A stretch of DNA of 64,000 nt from Heteronotia binoei (Eukaryota): contig NC_083223.1 of the NCBI RefSeq assembly GCF_032191835.1, forward strand, positions 245,520,001 through 245,584,000, in the 5' to 3' direction. This document shows positions 42,140-54,802 of this stretch, piece after piece. Each line of letters opens with the position of its first letter. Positions within the stretch are counted from its first letter, which is position 1. A model generated the notes under the pieces. That model was given only the letters and a program-made list of their open reading frames with translations, was not told the DNA's origin and made no database searches. A program made the translations under genes and the position numbers.

Positions 42140-42277
42140 CCTAACAACGTAGACCCGGACCAGTACATTGATGGGATCGTTGCTTGGGATTCCCTGGAAC
42201 ATGCCAAAATTCGGGTCATATCCGGCCTCCTTGGTGATATCGTCGGGGAGTGGCACTTTGTACACACACATAGAGCC
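42140..42277 (-). CDS. OTOF: OTOF exon, 138 nt, [46 protein letters not shown]
   Basis: cccag|GGC ... AGG|gtgag. Confidence 0.97.
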
Positions 42278-43545
42278 CTGGGTGAAAGGAAGACAGTGTA
42301 GTCTGGTTGGAAAGAGAATCTAAGGCTTGCTGAAATAACTTTCTCTAAGTGCAACATCACTATAAGACATGATTTTGCTATTAGAAAATCATTCCTTCCC
42401 TTGTGTCAAAACTGGAAAGTGTCCTGCAGGTGGGTTCCATTGTTAACTTTTGAGAGGACACTGCTTGAGCAGAATATGTTTGTCTCTTTCCTGTTATCAG
42501 ACACAGGGAACTGGGGAGATATTCAGCCAGCAGAGATGCTAGCCTCCAAGTGGAACATGGAGAGCCCCCAGAATTGCAGCTCATCTCCAGACAAAAGAGA
42601 TCAGTTCCCCTGGAGAAAATAGATACTTTGGAGGGTAGTGTCTATGGCATTATGCCCAGCTGAGGTCCCTGTCCTCCGCAGGCTTCATCCCCAAATCTCC
42701 AGGAGTTCCCCAGCCTGGATCTGGCACCTCTGCTTCCCATCCCCTGCTGGTGGCCACTGGGGACCTGGCAACCCTATCAGTCAGGTTCATTTACAACAGA
42801 TGCCACAAAGGCATGAATCAGACTGTGTCTGTATTGCATGCACACTAAGAACAGCTCATTTTATGTGCTGCAATGACTGGACTGGACTTGAACTTTAAGT
42901 TTGTCATCTGTTCATCTGCACCTGAGACATGTCCTCCCTATAGAAGTGTGAGCAGCTGCTAAGGGACATTCAAACCTGCTTTAACATTTCATGTGCTAGA
43001 ATGATGGGGAGACAAATTGCTGAGGTCTCCTCCCAGCCAACCAATCAGCTGGTATATGTTCCTCAAATTGACTGGGAGTGAAAGTAGCCACTTGTCATGG
43101 GGTTGGGGAGGTTTGAACTGGGGTTGATTCCAAAGGGGATGTATGCTATTCTCACTGAAATTCAAGCAGCTTTGATAAGTTAAAATTGCTTTCAATTGCT
43201 GCTTTTGGGGAGCGGGAAGCAGCTGCAATGAAGGACCAAAGAGTTTGCCCATTTATAGTGGGAACAAGAATGGTCACACCTCAGTTTGTATTAATTTTAA
43301 TGCACTGTGAGATAGCCAGACCTACCTGGCTACAAAATGGCTTCATTACATTGTGATGTCATCAATTTGGACTATCTGACTATATCCCAATTGGTTGGAA
43401 TCACTTTTCAGAAATAAATAATCCCAGTTCTTCTTGTTTTTAAAATGATGCTGGACAAGTGAAGAAGAGCAGAAGGGATGAGAGGGGAGGATTCAGGCCC
43501 ACTGAATACAGTATATTTTGGCCCTCTTAATATAGATGTTGGAAT

Positions 43546-43752
43546 CAGGGCTTTTTTTGTAGCAGGAACTCCTTTACATATTAGGCCCTGGTTGTAGCCC
43601 TGATGTAGCCAATTCTCCTGGAGTTTTCAGTAGGCCCTGTATTAAGATCCCTGTAAGCAAGGGCCTACTGTAAGCTCTTGGAGGTTTGGCTATATAAGTG
43701 GTGTTTGGCCTAATATGCAAAGGAATTCCTGCTACAAAAAAAAAAAGCTCTA
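43546..43752. mobile_element. Palindromic hAT MITE
   Basis: Long inverted arms; perfect 8-bp TSD gttggaat (43538-43545 and 43753-43760). Confidence 0.9.
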
Positions 43753-43911
43753 GTTGGAATATAGTATATTTTGGCCCTCTGACTACAGTATACATTTGCT
43801 ACAGTGACAACATTAACCTCTTACTTTGCTTATCTTGAGGAGGCTGGCTCATGTATGAAAATCGCCATGTCCTGATCCAGAGATGGTGCCCATACCTTGA
43901 ATGCCTCTGAT

Positions 43912-44092
43912 CAGGACTTTTTTTGTAGCAGGAACTCCTTTGCATATTAGGTCACACCCCCTGATGTAGCCAATCCTCCAAGAGCTTACAGTGGGCTCTG
44001 TACTAAGAGCCCTGTAAGCTCTTAGAGGATTGGCTACAACAGGGGTTTGTGCCCTAATATGCAAAGGAGTTCCTGCTACAAAAAAAGCCTTG
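43912..44092. mobile_element. Palindromic hAT MITE, second copy
   Basis: Inverted arms; TSD cctctgat / cctctgag. Confidence 0.9.
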
Positions 44093-44460
44093 CCTCTGAG
44101 GCAGCGAGAAGATCTGCGATGCTTGCATTTCGCATCACATTCTTCCACCAGACCACTCCCAGAGCTCTCCCTCCTCCCAACAACATTTGTCACCCAGATT
44201 TGTACAGCAGACGGGAAAGGAGAGAACTGTGGAGCAGCTTCTCAGTATGTTGCCACCTTTACAGGGTGAGGCACCAAGTCTGGGTGGAGGCATGGCAGCT
44301 GAAGCTAGGATGGTTGTAGATTTTTTTACTAGAGAGGCCAAGGCTCCCAGGCATCTGAGTCAAAGATAAACAACATAACGGCACCCAAACGCTCCAGTTT
44401 CCTACTGCCATTTCCTCTTCCTTCCAAAGCCACTTGTTGGGTAAACTGTCTAAAACTTAC

Positions 44461-44595
44461 CTTAAACCTGCCCACTATGCGCTCTTCATCAGCTGCATTG
44501 TCATCGTCATCACCAATCTTCCCGCGCAAGAGGTTGAAGGTATGCAACCAGTCTTCAAAGTTGTCAAATTCTGTTTCCAGCTCTTTGGGATACAC
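44461..44595 (-). CDS. OTOF: OTOF exon, 135 nt, [45 protein letters not shown]
   Basis: cccag|GTG ... AAG|gtaag. Confidence 0.97.
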
Positions 44596-46089
44596 CTGGG
44601 ATTGCAAAGAGTGTTGGGATGAGTTAAATGGAACTGACTATTTACCTGGGTGCATCAACCACCCCCAAACACCTGGTTACAGGATCCTTTGCCCTTGAGC
44701 TACAGTTCATTAAGAGGAGGAGTACTTAGAATTGTCCTGCTGCATCCATCTCTTACACAGGCAATGCCTCTGATGTGCATAGTTCCCCTACCTTTAAACC
44801 TTGTCGTGTTCATTCCACCGGAAAGGAGAATTCCAAGTGTATGAGAGGACATATGTGTGGAGCTGTTCAAGCCCTGATAAAGTGAACGGAGCAACAATGC
44901 AGCTCTGTGTACCTACACAGTGTTTACACAGTGATAGACTTATAGGTTGCTGCAGGCCTCATTTTGGGCAGGAGCTCACAGGCGTGGAGCTCCAGAACCT
45001 CTAGATTTTATTGTGCTCTTTATTTCTTATCCCCACCCTCCAATAATTGCTTCTGGGCTCCATTGTTCAACCTCCCTGTGAGAATTTAGCTGACAAACTT
45101 TCTAATATTTTTCCCACCAAACTTTTCCCTTTGCTAATTCATATGCGTGTGCATATTTCCCCAGAAAATGGGAAAATAACCAAATCATTTAAAGCAGGCA
45201 GAGGGAAATCATCATGCCATTGTGGCCACCAGAGTTCCCTCTGAGTGAGCAGGAGAAGCTCACAGATTTTTAGCCTCCAGCACACACATTTTTGTCTTAG
45301 CTCAGGAAGGATGACCCCAGAGCACACTAATGAATGCAGTAGCTCACAAAGTAAAATTTTTGTTCACAAGACTCTGCAGCTTAGAGGGAATATTGGTGGT
45401 CACATCGGAGAAAGTAATTTAAAATGTATGATGGGAGTAAGATTTTGTTATGACAATTATAATTCAAGAAGCATCTGAAGGTAGATGCTGAGCTGATATA
45501 ATTCAGTACACCTTCCAGTGATGTCAGGGGTGTGCGGCATATGCAAATGAGTTATGCACATGAGCTGTGCTAATGAGCTCCAGCACCTCTTTTTCTGTGG
45601 ATTGACCCCTGGTGTTGCTGATGCGCACTGAATCCAGCACATTATGCACTGGGGTTTAGGTCCCAGCTACAGGGCTATAGCAGCTGACAGCAATAAGATA
45701 CCTGACTTGGGACCCTGGACCTTGTACTAATGAAGAGCCAGGGTGGTACAATGGTTAAAATGTTGCAACAGGACTGGGCAGGGTTTAAATCTCTCCTCAG
45801 CCAGGAAGCTCACTGGTACATTGCTTTTTCTGAGTTTAACATATCTCATAGAACTGTTGGGGGGAGAACCAGGGATGCAGCTCTAGACTTCCTGAAGGAG
45901 GGATTGATAAGCTGCCTGAATTCTGCCATGTGCTGCATATTTGTTCTCTTGTGTGCAGTGGTTTGGCCAATAGAAGCAGTGTCCAAGCATCAGCCAAGAG
46001 GGATGCAGAGTCCAAATACTCTACTATTCCTTCTGGGATTCAAAGCTTTTCTGTTGGAGTGTTTACAAGTTCTCTACCTGATGTCATGG

Positions 46090-46250
46090 GACATAAGAGA
46101 AGCCATGTTGGATCAGGCCAATGGCCCACCCAGTCCAACATTCTGTCACACAGTGGCCAAAAAGCAACAACAGGTGCCATCAGGAGGTCCACCAGTGCGG
46201 TCAGAACTGTAGAAGCCCTTCCACTGTTGCCCCTCCCCCCAAGCACCAAC
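46090..46250 (-). mobile_element. CR1 3' UTR fragment (another CR1 fragment lies at about 47113-47200)
   Basis: cataagagaagccatgttggatcaggccaatggccc matches the end of the large CR1. Confidence 0.85.
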
Positions 46251-46669
46251 TTGTTTGTTTTGCCTGTGCTAAATTGTTAGTTAGATACATAGGACCTATG
46301 GAGTGTCAAGGAGAAGTTCCCACATTAGAAGAGGAAGGTCTTATGCATAATGAACTGACCTTTAGCCTGGTCCTTGGTCAATTCATAACTGGGAGATATT
46401 ACCTGTGTTTTGTCACACAGGCATTTTGGGTTTTTCTTCTCTCTTTCTTTGTTTAGAGTTCTTTGTGTGTGGGGGAGGGGGCAAAGTCTCCTTGTTGCTA
46501 GGAAGATGTAGCTTAGTCAGCTAGACTCAGTTTGTTTTATTCCTTCATATAACCCTCCCTAATACCTTAGTAAACTTTTCCTTTTGCTAATTCATATGCG
46601 TGTGCATGTTTTTATTTTTACGTGTCAACCATTTCAATGCAGAGAGGATAGTAAGAAAGGACAGTTCAC

Positions 46670-46839
46670 CTTCATCTCATCGATCTTCTGCTTGTTCTTC
46701 TTCTCGGGCACTTCTGGTTGCTGAGGCTGCTGCTGTTGCTGCTGTTTCTTCTTCTTGTCCTCTTTGGGCATCTTGATTTTTTCCTTGACCTTCCCTTGTC
46801 CCTTGGAGCCTTTCACAGGAGAGTCATCAAGTCTGATTT
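46670..46839 (-). CDS. OTOF: OTOF exon, 170 nt, EIRLDDSPVKGSKGQGKVKEKIKMPKEDKKKKQQQQQQPQQPEVPEKKNKQKIDEMK
   Basis: ctcag|AA ... AAG|gtgaa; phase 1 to 0. Confidence 0.88.
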
Positions 46840-48731
46840 CTGAGCCCCAAACAAAAAGGCGGTGGATGGCAGGAGGGAAAGGTGAATGGTTGGAAGCAGG
46901 CAGTGGTGGTAAAGATGACATGAGATGGAAAACAGAACATGCAGCCATGATGTGCATGAAAGCTGGCAGACAGCCACTAAGATTTTGTTGCTCAAAACTG
47001 ACCCTTCTACATCCATGCACCCATCCCTGGGACAACCAGCATCTCCCAGGTTAGCTCCTCATCTTTGTTCATTTTTTGATACAAGTTTTGAACCTGGTGT
47101 TTTCTGGGTATATATACACACACACATACACACTGTGGCTAATAGCCACTGATGGACCTCTGCTCCATATTTTTATCTAACTCCCTCTTGAAGCTGCTTA
47201 TTCTACAAATGCTCTTGCACAGATCACAGACCACATTCTATTCCTGCCAACTGTTAAAAGTCTCTTTGCCAATGGATATATGATGATACCAAAACAGACA
47301 ATGAGACAAGGAGAGTGTGATGTAACAATGCATGCAACAGAACATGGATATGTTTAGACTTTAGAACTGGGCAGTGGGCAAAGGGAAAGGAGAGGTAAAA
47401 GGAAGATCGTGCATACTGAGGGTGCTATGGAAGGGGTATCAGAACTGCAACAGACTTAATTCCTTCTTTGCATATTTGGTAAAAGATATCTCTTATGGGT
47501 CAACATTTTTCTTCTGCCCAAAGATGGCACAGAGAACCTTCCTTTGCATTCAATATTTCTCACTATTCCAAACTACATATCATGCTGGGGATTGGTGTTG
47601 GAATCCCCTGTTGTGCAATGAAGCTGCAAGAAGCAGTCATGGGAGGGGGCAATGTGGGTCAGTGCTTCAGATGGGAGGGTCAACACTTTACCTCCACATC
47701 ATTTGTGTGACCACCCCCCACCCTTTAAGTGCTGGGAGTGAAAAAAAGACAGGCACAGTTTGAGACCTGTCTTTTTTTCTTTCTTGGATTTAAACCCTTT
47801 TGGGGGGGGTCATCTCCAACTGGCAAAACAAGGCAGGGGGATATTAGACCTCTTCCTGCAGCCCAATCCATATTGGTTCTCCTACCCTCACCATTGCTTT
47901 TTGGAGCTGTGTACTTTCCGGGGCTTAGATGACATTCTCAGCACTGACACAGGGAATGGCCCATAGTTGCTAAAATTAGATACTTTACTTTTTTCATTAC
48001 AGCAAAAAAGTTTCCTGTTTTTGTTTATTTTTGAAAACCACTCAAAATGCTTGTTTAATGTGTAGTGAAACTCTAAGGCTATGATCACACATGCTAAATA
48101 ATGCAGTTTCAATGCACTTTCCAACTGAATGTTCATCTGTGAACTGGCAAAATCCAGTTTGAAAGTGCATTGAAGCTGCATTATTTAGCATGTGTGATTG
48201 CAGCTTAAAATTCCCTTACACCTAAATGTTCCATGTAGCAGAAATGTGGCCCTGAAACATCTGTTTGTGAGAAAATAACAATGTACCTTAGGCACCAGAA
48301 AGACCTCTGCCTGAGACTCTGGAGAGCTGCTGCCAATCAGAGTAGGCAAGGCTGACCTTGAAAGGTCTGACATAGTTTAAGGCAGCTTGATGTGAATGCA
48401 TACATATCCAACATTTCTTAAAGGATCAACACGGTTTGTTCCTTAGCCGCAACTCTCCTAGCTCTCAATTAAGGGTGCCATATTTAAATGGTCAGAAGCA
48501 GTCTGTGCCTTTAACTGCTGCAGGACAGAGAAATTAAGAATACTGTGGAGTTGCAATGATGGGAAATGCTTTACTGGTTAGTTGCCTGTTTGGTTGCTGT
48601 TAAGGGCAGAGATGCTCTCAGCACAGCTTCGCCAACATTCTTCAGTTTGCATTCTCTCTAAACTGGAACAGACCTCTGAGTTAAGTCTCTTCTAGCCAAT
48701 CCTCAATCACCATTGTCATCCACAAATTTAC

Positions 48732-48798
48732 CCTCGGTCAGGTCCATTTCTTCCTTCTCCTCTGCCTCTGCTGCAGCTGCCTCCTGTTGCCGAAGTTG
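48732..48798 (-). CDS. OTOF: OTOF exon, 67 nt, QLRQQEAAAAEAEEKEEMDLTE
   Basis: ttctag|CAA ... G|gtaaa; phase 0 to 1. Confidence 0.93.
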
Positions 48799-49555
48799 CT
48801 AGAAAGAGAAAGGTTGCACAACAGGACAGGTGAATACAGTGGAACTTTTAGAACCCTAGCAGCTGGACTACTGTAACACATTCTATGTTGGTCTGCCCTT
48901 GAAGACAATCTGAAAACTGGTTCAAAATGCTTCAGCTTCAGGGGTTGCTAATGGGAAGACATATTGTCTATTTTAAAGCAGCAACACAGGCTGATTGTTT
49001 TTAAGTTCAATTCATGGCCTTGAATACCTGTCTCCCCATGTGTGCCAACAACAGTCTTCCGGTTTTCACCCTCTAGCTGCTTAAAATGGCCTGCTTGGCA
49101 TCCACTAGAATCTGATCTTCATTGCGGTCTCTGCGCAGTCCCACACATGGCACTGTGCTCAGACACAAACCCTATTCCTTTGCTAAAGTTGCTCTCATCT
49201 TAAAGAAAGGGCACCGTGAGGGGGTGGAACATCACTGTTAGAAGGAGCCATACCAGAAGTTCTATTTGAGAGGGCGTTTAGCATACTTCATATTTTTATT
49301 TTTTTGAAAATGTAAGCTGCACTGAGCCACAAGCGAAAGACAGGAAATATATATTTTAATGAATAAATAGAATGTGGGCAATCAGTACTGAGATGCTACA
49401 AGAAGTCCTTCTCAACAAAGAATATCAAGCCGGGGGCGGGGGGGGGACCCACCTGAATGCGTTTATTCCACAGCTCACACATACCAGAAGGATTTTTCAT
49501 TAATCTAACAAATATTTTTTTTTTGAAAATGAAACCTCATACAGATGAAGATGAA

Positions 49556-49842
49556 GAAAAAGAAGAAAGAGGTGGAGGAGATTAGATTTATCCCCTGCCT
49601 TTCACATGGAGTCTCAGAGTAGCTTACAATTTCCTTTCCCTTCTTCTCCCCACAACAGATGTCCTGTGAAGTTGGTGGGGCTGAACAAGCTCTTTCGAGA
49701 ACTGCTCTTTTGAGAACAGCTCTGAGAGAACTGTGACTAACCCAAGGTCACCCAGCTGGTGGCTTGTGGAAGAATGTGGAATCAAGCCTGGTTCTCCCAG
49801 ATAAGAGTCTGCCTCTCCTAACCACTACACCAGACTGGCTCT
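49556..49842 (-). mobile_element. tRNA-derived SINE
   Basis: Reverse complement of the 41312 family. Confidence 0.85.
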
Positions 49843-50431
49843 CCAACAGGAAGTTCTCTGTACTGGAGCAGTGATACTTAGTGGCTCGATGCCACCTTTG
49901 GCTCTTCTGAGCACCATTCCCTAATGTGGGGCCTCCTTCATGTTTCAGAGACTCCCTTGTGCTCTGAGCTTATGTATGGTTGCCAGTTCAATCTGCCCCT
50001 TGAAGCAGCTGCTGCCTGTGGAATGGGTAAGCTGCAAGGCTCCCCGAGGTGCAACAGACCTCATGCCAGGTATGGAAGTAAATGGGGCTCTTTTGGTGGA
50101 AGGTCTCTGTGAATATGGCTCTCTGAGAGCCATGGAGTAAGCACTACTGTACTGGAGGAAGGCTCCACACTTAGCTGCAGCATACAGCCCAGTGGGCTAA
50201 ATCCTGTAGATGTATTCCACTAAAAGCAGGGAATTCCCCCAGTGCAAGTAGCCATCCCTTGATACGAGGTTCTTGTACCATACAAAAAATGCTGCTGTTA
50301 GTTGAGTGAAGTTACCATGTCTAACCTGGTTTTTGAAAAGACAAAAATTAGCACCCTTTTGGTAGTCTTATTTATTTATTTATTGTAAACCCATGCCCAC
50401 CGCCATTCTCAGTTTGCTGGTGACCACCCAC

Positions 50432-50560
50432 CTCCTTCATTGTCTCTATAGAAGCAAAATATTTTGACCACCAGTCCAGCATGCTCTCATCAGGCTCGTC
50501 GTCTTCAATTTCTTCCACTCCTTTCTTCTTTTTCTTCTTTTTCTCCTTCTCTTCTTCTGA
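50432..50560 (-). CDS. OTOF: OTOF exon, 129 nt, [43 protein letters not shown]
   Basis: tgcag|TCA ... GAG|gtggg; ferlin DWWSKYFAS motif. Confidence 0.96.
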
Positions 50561-50872
50561 CTGCAAATGAAAGGACAATGGAGATACAGTAAGGGGACTT
50601 GAGTTTGTTCTGTCTCCTGCTCTGCCTGAAGAACCCTTGGTCTCGGCAGCCCAATTAAATACCATTCTTGGAATATTTACAGGCAATAGTTGCAACATTC
50701 CAAACACCCCAGGGGGAATTTCCCAGAACTCTTTGCATACCTTTTCATGGTCAAAAGGGATGCCTGGCACCACCTTAGGGTTGGCGCACCAGTCCACGAT
50801 CACTCATTTATAGTCAATGGACTGCCTATTATTTGACCACTATCAAATGTTGTCAGAGAACCCCGGAAGCTA

Positions 50873-51138
50873 GGACTGATTCCCCACTAGGCTTGTTCCA
50901 GTGTCGGAGCTTTTTCCCCTCCAACGCTTCCATCCAATTTTGCACAAGCTGCTCCGGGGCTGCAACTTGCCTTGCCTCTTTCCTGTGGCAGGCAGAAACT
51001 GGTTTTCAGAGGATCTTGCTTGCTGTGGGAAAGAGGCGAGGCAAGTCGCAGCCCTGGGGCAGCTTGTGCGAATTGGGATGGAAGCATCAGGGGGAAAAGA
51101 GCTCCGATGCTGGAACAAGCCTAGTGGGGAATCAGTCT
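50873..51138. mobile_element. Palindromic MITE (PIF/Harbinger-like)
   Basis: ggactgattccccactagg ... cctagtggggaatcagtct; arms pair over about 110 bp; mirror ORFs on the two strands. Confidence 0.75.
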
Positions 51139-52615
51139 AAGACTTTTAAAGGAAAGCAAATGCTTTCCTTTAAAAAAAAAATCTTGATGACATTATTGGC
51201 CAACAAGGGTTGGGGAGACAGTAGCTTCCCCCCTCCCCCAAGTCTTGCAGCAGCAAAGCGAAGCTTTTCCTACGGTTCATCTGCTATACCTGCAGGCATT
51301 TCCACACAAGAAGAGTTACCCTTCTGCAACTGATTTTGGTTTTTAATAGTTAGCCAACAGCTAATTTGCTTCCAGGATAAAAACCAAAGAGCAGAATTAG
51401 TCAGAAAATCATTCACGTTTATAGAAGCCTTATGTTACATTGTTAAAATGTATAATAATTCATTATCATTTTAAAGAATTATGTTTCCCAATAAAAGTTA
51501 ACTAGTTTGTAATTAGCAAAGATACCAAAGCTAATGATTGTTATAATTATTGTTGTTTTAATAAAGTTGGAAGTGTAACAGTTCTTGAGCAACAATGGAT
51601 ACTTTTTGACCTGTCAAATGGCCAACTCTATGCCAGCTTTCAAAAGCAAGGGATTTGCTGTGGAAGGTGAAAAAACAGATGCTATGTAGGAGTAGAGTAG
51701 GAGCCCATGCAAATCTGAGACGATCACCAGAATCACGGGGTGATTCCTTCTTTCACTTCAGACTGCCAGCGTGTGGAGGAGACTACATGAATGAATGCTG
51801 TCACATCTCAGCTCAGGAACCTTACTGTCACCCCCACTGCCATCTTGCATGTTTTCCCAATGAACAGGAATTAACTTTTAAAAAGTATGAGTATCACTAA
51901 AAGTGCAAGAGTAGCTGTGCAGGATCAGACCAGCAGCTCATCTTGCCAAGCATCCTGTTTTACACAAGGGCTAACAAGATGTCTGCAGAAAGATAGCTTA
52001 CAAGTAGGACCCAGAGGCCAAGGTTTCCCCTGGTTGCTGGTTCCCTACATAAGTATATTCAGAAGCACAATACCACTGAGCCATAATGGATAATAACCAC
52101 TGAGGTACCTATACTCGCTTGATACGCCAAATCCCCCTTTCAGGCTAAATAAACTAGTGGCCTTCACTGCATCATGGAGCAATGAATTCCACAGCTCTTC
52201 AAATGAAAAAATACTTTCTTTTGTTTGTCCTGAATTTGTGCCTGTTCTTCCTCTCTGCACATGCAGCCAGCACATGAAAGGATTGTGTGCAGAGGGCTAG
52301 AGTGAGGCCAACAAACTGGAAAAATACCACTGTGATCTCAGTAGATCCTGGGAATTTCTAATACTTAACAGAAAGCAAAAGCCTCTTTTTAGATGCACAC
52401 ATGCTTTGCGTACTCCAAAGACATGATTGCATATAGGTTTGTTACCAACTAGACCAAGAGCACTCTTCGCATCCTCAAAGGTATCTGATTCCAGCTCATT
52501 GACCAAGCTTGAAGCACACAAATTTAGCCACAGAGGAGGACTTTTAAAGGACTGGAGCAGAAAGAACAATTAAATGAGTTACTACAGAGCCACACCAAGC
52601 ATAGCCAACACTTAC

Positions 52616-52645
52616 CGGCTCCACCTTAACGACCGCGTCAGAGTT
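52616..52645 (-). CDS. OTOF: OTOF 30-nt exon, NSDAVVKVEP
   Basis: Strong pyrimidine tract then ggcag|AAC ... CCG|gtaag; matches the SxAVVKV motif; absent from the ORF track in this frame. Confidence 0.92.
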
Positions 52646-53519
52646 CTGCCAATGGGGAGAGGAACGGGGAAGAACAAGCAATGGTTAAATGCAGGCAGAT
52701 GGCTATAAGTATTGCACACTCCACTACATAGATATGCACATTGCTCAATCAAGGGGAAAGCCACAGGTGCACTCCTCAGACAGCTAGTGAACAAGAAGGA
52801 AACAGGAGGACAAAGTCAACTGTGGAAGGCTCCCTCAGGAAGGGGCTGGGGGTAGTGGGGCATGGTTGATGCTACCATTCAACCCCAATGCTGGGATAAT
52901 GGCTTTGGAGAAGCATAAAGTTCCAGACATATGATTCATGCATATTATACAGCAGAACAGGATGAACGGATGCCAGTAGGATTCTTCATCCAATACTGTC
53001 AGTAGACTTTACAGCAGGGGTCTGCAGCCTTTTACAATTAAAGAATTAACCTACATTAAAAATGCACAGCAAGAGATCAACCAGAAGCCAGTGTAAGAAA
53101 GCCCATTTGTATAACTTACAACATGCATTTTGATATCACTAACCATTGCCATGTTGATTAAGAACTTCAACTGTTTTCAATGCTAATTGCTGTGAGTCCT
53201 TTGTTAGGAAGTGGCACACACAAGGTCTCACATTAAATCATAAATAGATGCAGAAGCACCCTACATAGTTGTTTTAGCACACTGGCATAAATCTATGCAT
53301 TGTTCACACCTGGTAAATCTTCACCTCTGTCATTGCCATTTCTGCAAAGCATCTCACCCTAGTACTACTCAGGACTAACCCTGCTTACCTTCTGAGATCC
53401 GACATGTTCAGGCATGGCTGTAGGCTCCATAAAGCACGTCTAAGAAGCCTGTAAGTCCCATGAAAATCATTGCCCACCATCCCCATAGTATAATAGTTCT
53501 TCTAGATAGTTCTTCTGGC

Positions 53520-54150
53520 CTGAACTAGCTCACAAACAAAAGGTGGCGATGAATTTTGGTTGGTTCGTGATCACAAATCAAAATTCATGACTGGTCAACT
53601 GGCTTGAATTTTCCATGAACTTTCAAGCTGTTCGTGGCGGTTTGTGAATGGATGCATGTCCACACAGTCTCCGCTCAGTCAAAACGTTTACCAAATTTCA
53701 AAGTGTGTGTGGGGGGGACTTTTCCAGCCTTGAAAACACCAATACGTTTCCTGTGCATTTGATGCGTGTAGCTTGCGCTTTTGAACCTGTGCCTGACATC
53801 TCTCCCAAAAGAACTTTCCTGTGTGCATCTTTTTTGGGAGTCCATAACTCAGACCCCCTAAGTCCAATCTGCACATAACTTGGAGGCCATGTAGTGGAGC
53901 GTCAAAGGAAGATCCCCTATACATTTGATGTCTCTACCTTGCATAGGGTCCATTCTATACACTCCTGAACCTGCATCTGTCATTTCCCAGAAAGCACTTT
54001 CCTGGGGTCCCTGTCTTTGGGGGAGCTGTAACTCAGATCCATAAAGCCAATCCACATAAAATGTGGGGGGCAGGTACAAGAGAGTCAGCCAGAGATCCCC
54101 TATGAGCTTGGCATCTCCAGCATGCTGAGGGGAGCACTTTACCACATCAC
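53520..54150. mobile_element. Unclassified interspersed-repeat-like sequence (a 5S-SINE remnant precedes it at about 53350-53436)
   Basis: ttcgtg and gtaactcagat motifs recur internally; no family recognised. Confidence 0.35.
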
Positions 54151-54157
54151 ACCCCTG

Positions 54158-54260
54158 TTATTCCTTGGAGGCCTCCCATCCAAATACTAGCCAAGGCCAA
54201 CCCTGCTTAGCTTCTGAGATCTGACAAGATCAGGCTAGCCTGGGCTATCCAGGTCAGGGC
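54158..54260 (-). mobile_element. 5S rRNA-derived SINE head
   Basis: The reverse complement gatcttgtcagatctcagaagctaagcagggttggccttggctagtatttggatgggag aligns with the vertebrate 5S internal promoter region; the 5' end is not 5S. Confidence 0.85.
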
Positions 54261-54802
54261 AAGTATAAAGCTTAGGCAAGCACACCAAGGTATGTTTTGA
54301 AAGATGAAGAGGAAGATTTAGTTTTCTTTTAAAAAGAGCCATATTTGTTTCTGTACTAGCTGTGCAATCCTAAAAACAATTTCCTGGGCATAAGCCTGAC
54401 TGAGTAACTTGAATAGGACCTGATTAGGATTACTTCCTAAACCCTGTTTGGCTGTAGACTAGAGCCATAGATTGCAGACTCCTGCTTTACAGCATAAGCA
54501 AGCAAGGTTGGCCCCTATCCTAAGCAACTTGCACTGAAGTTTGACAGTGGGGAAAGAAGCAAAAGGAGATATGAATGGGAAGGGTAGATGGAGCAAATAG
54601 AGGGTAGATATGCAAATGCAGGTATATGGACTTGAGCTTTGTTGCAGCAAAGAGGACTGGGGCAGAGGGAGTTAAGTGTGGCTTTCTGGGAACTGTTGGA
54701 AGTTTGGTAATCCAAGAAAGTAAGTCAGGGCCTCCTTATTTTGGAGGGATCTCAAGATTCAATATTTTGCAGGGGTTGCTTCCTAAATTGGATTTCACTT
54801 AC

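Noticed and set aside
45730-46456. ORFs of 111-160 aa
   Set aside because: They run through a CR1 3' UTR fragment and have no coding signature.
50833-51333. Similar proteins on both strands
   Set aside because: A mirror artefact of the palindromic MITE.
54158-54260. Functional 5S rRNA gene
   Set aside because: Diverged, lacking the 5S 5' and 3' ends, and not in an array.
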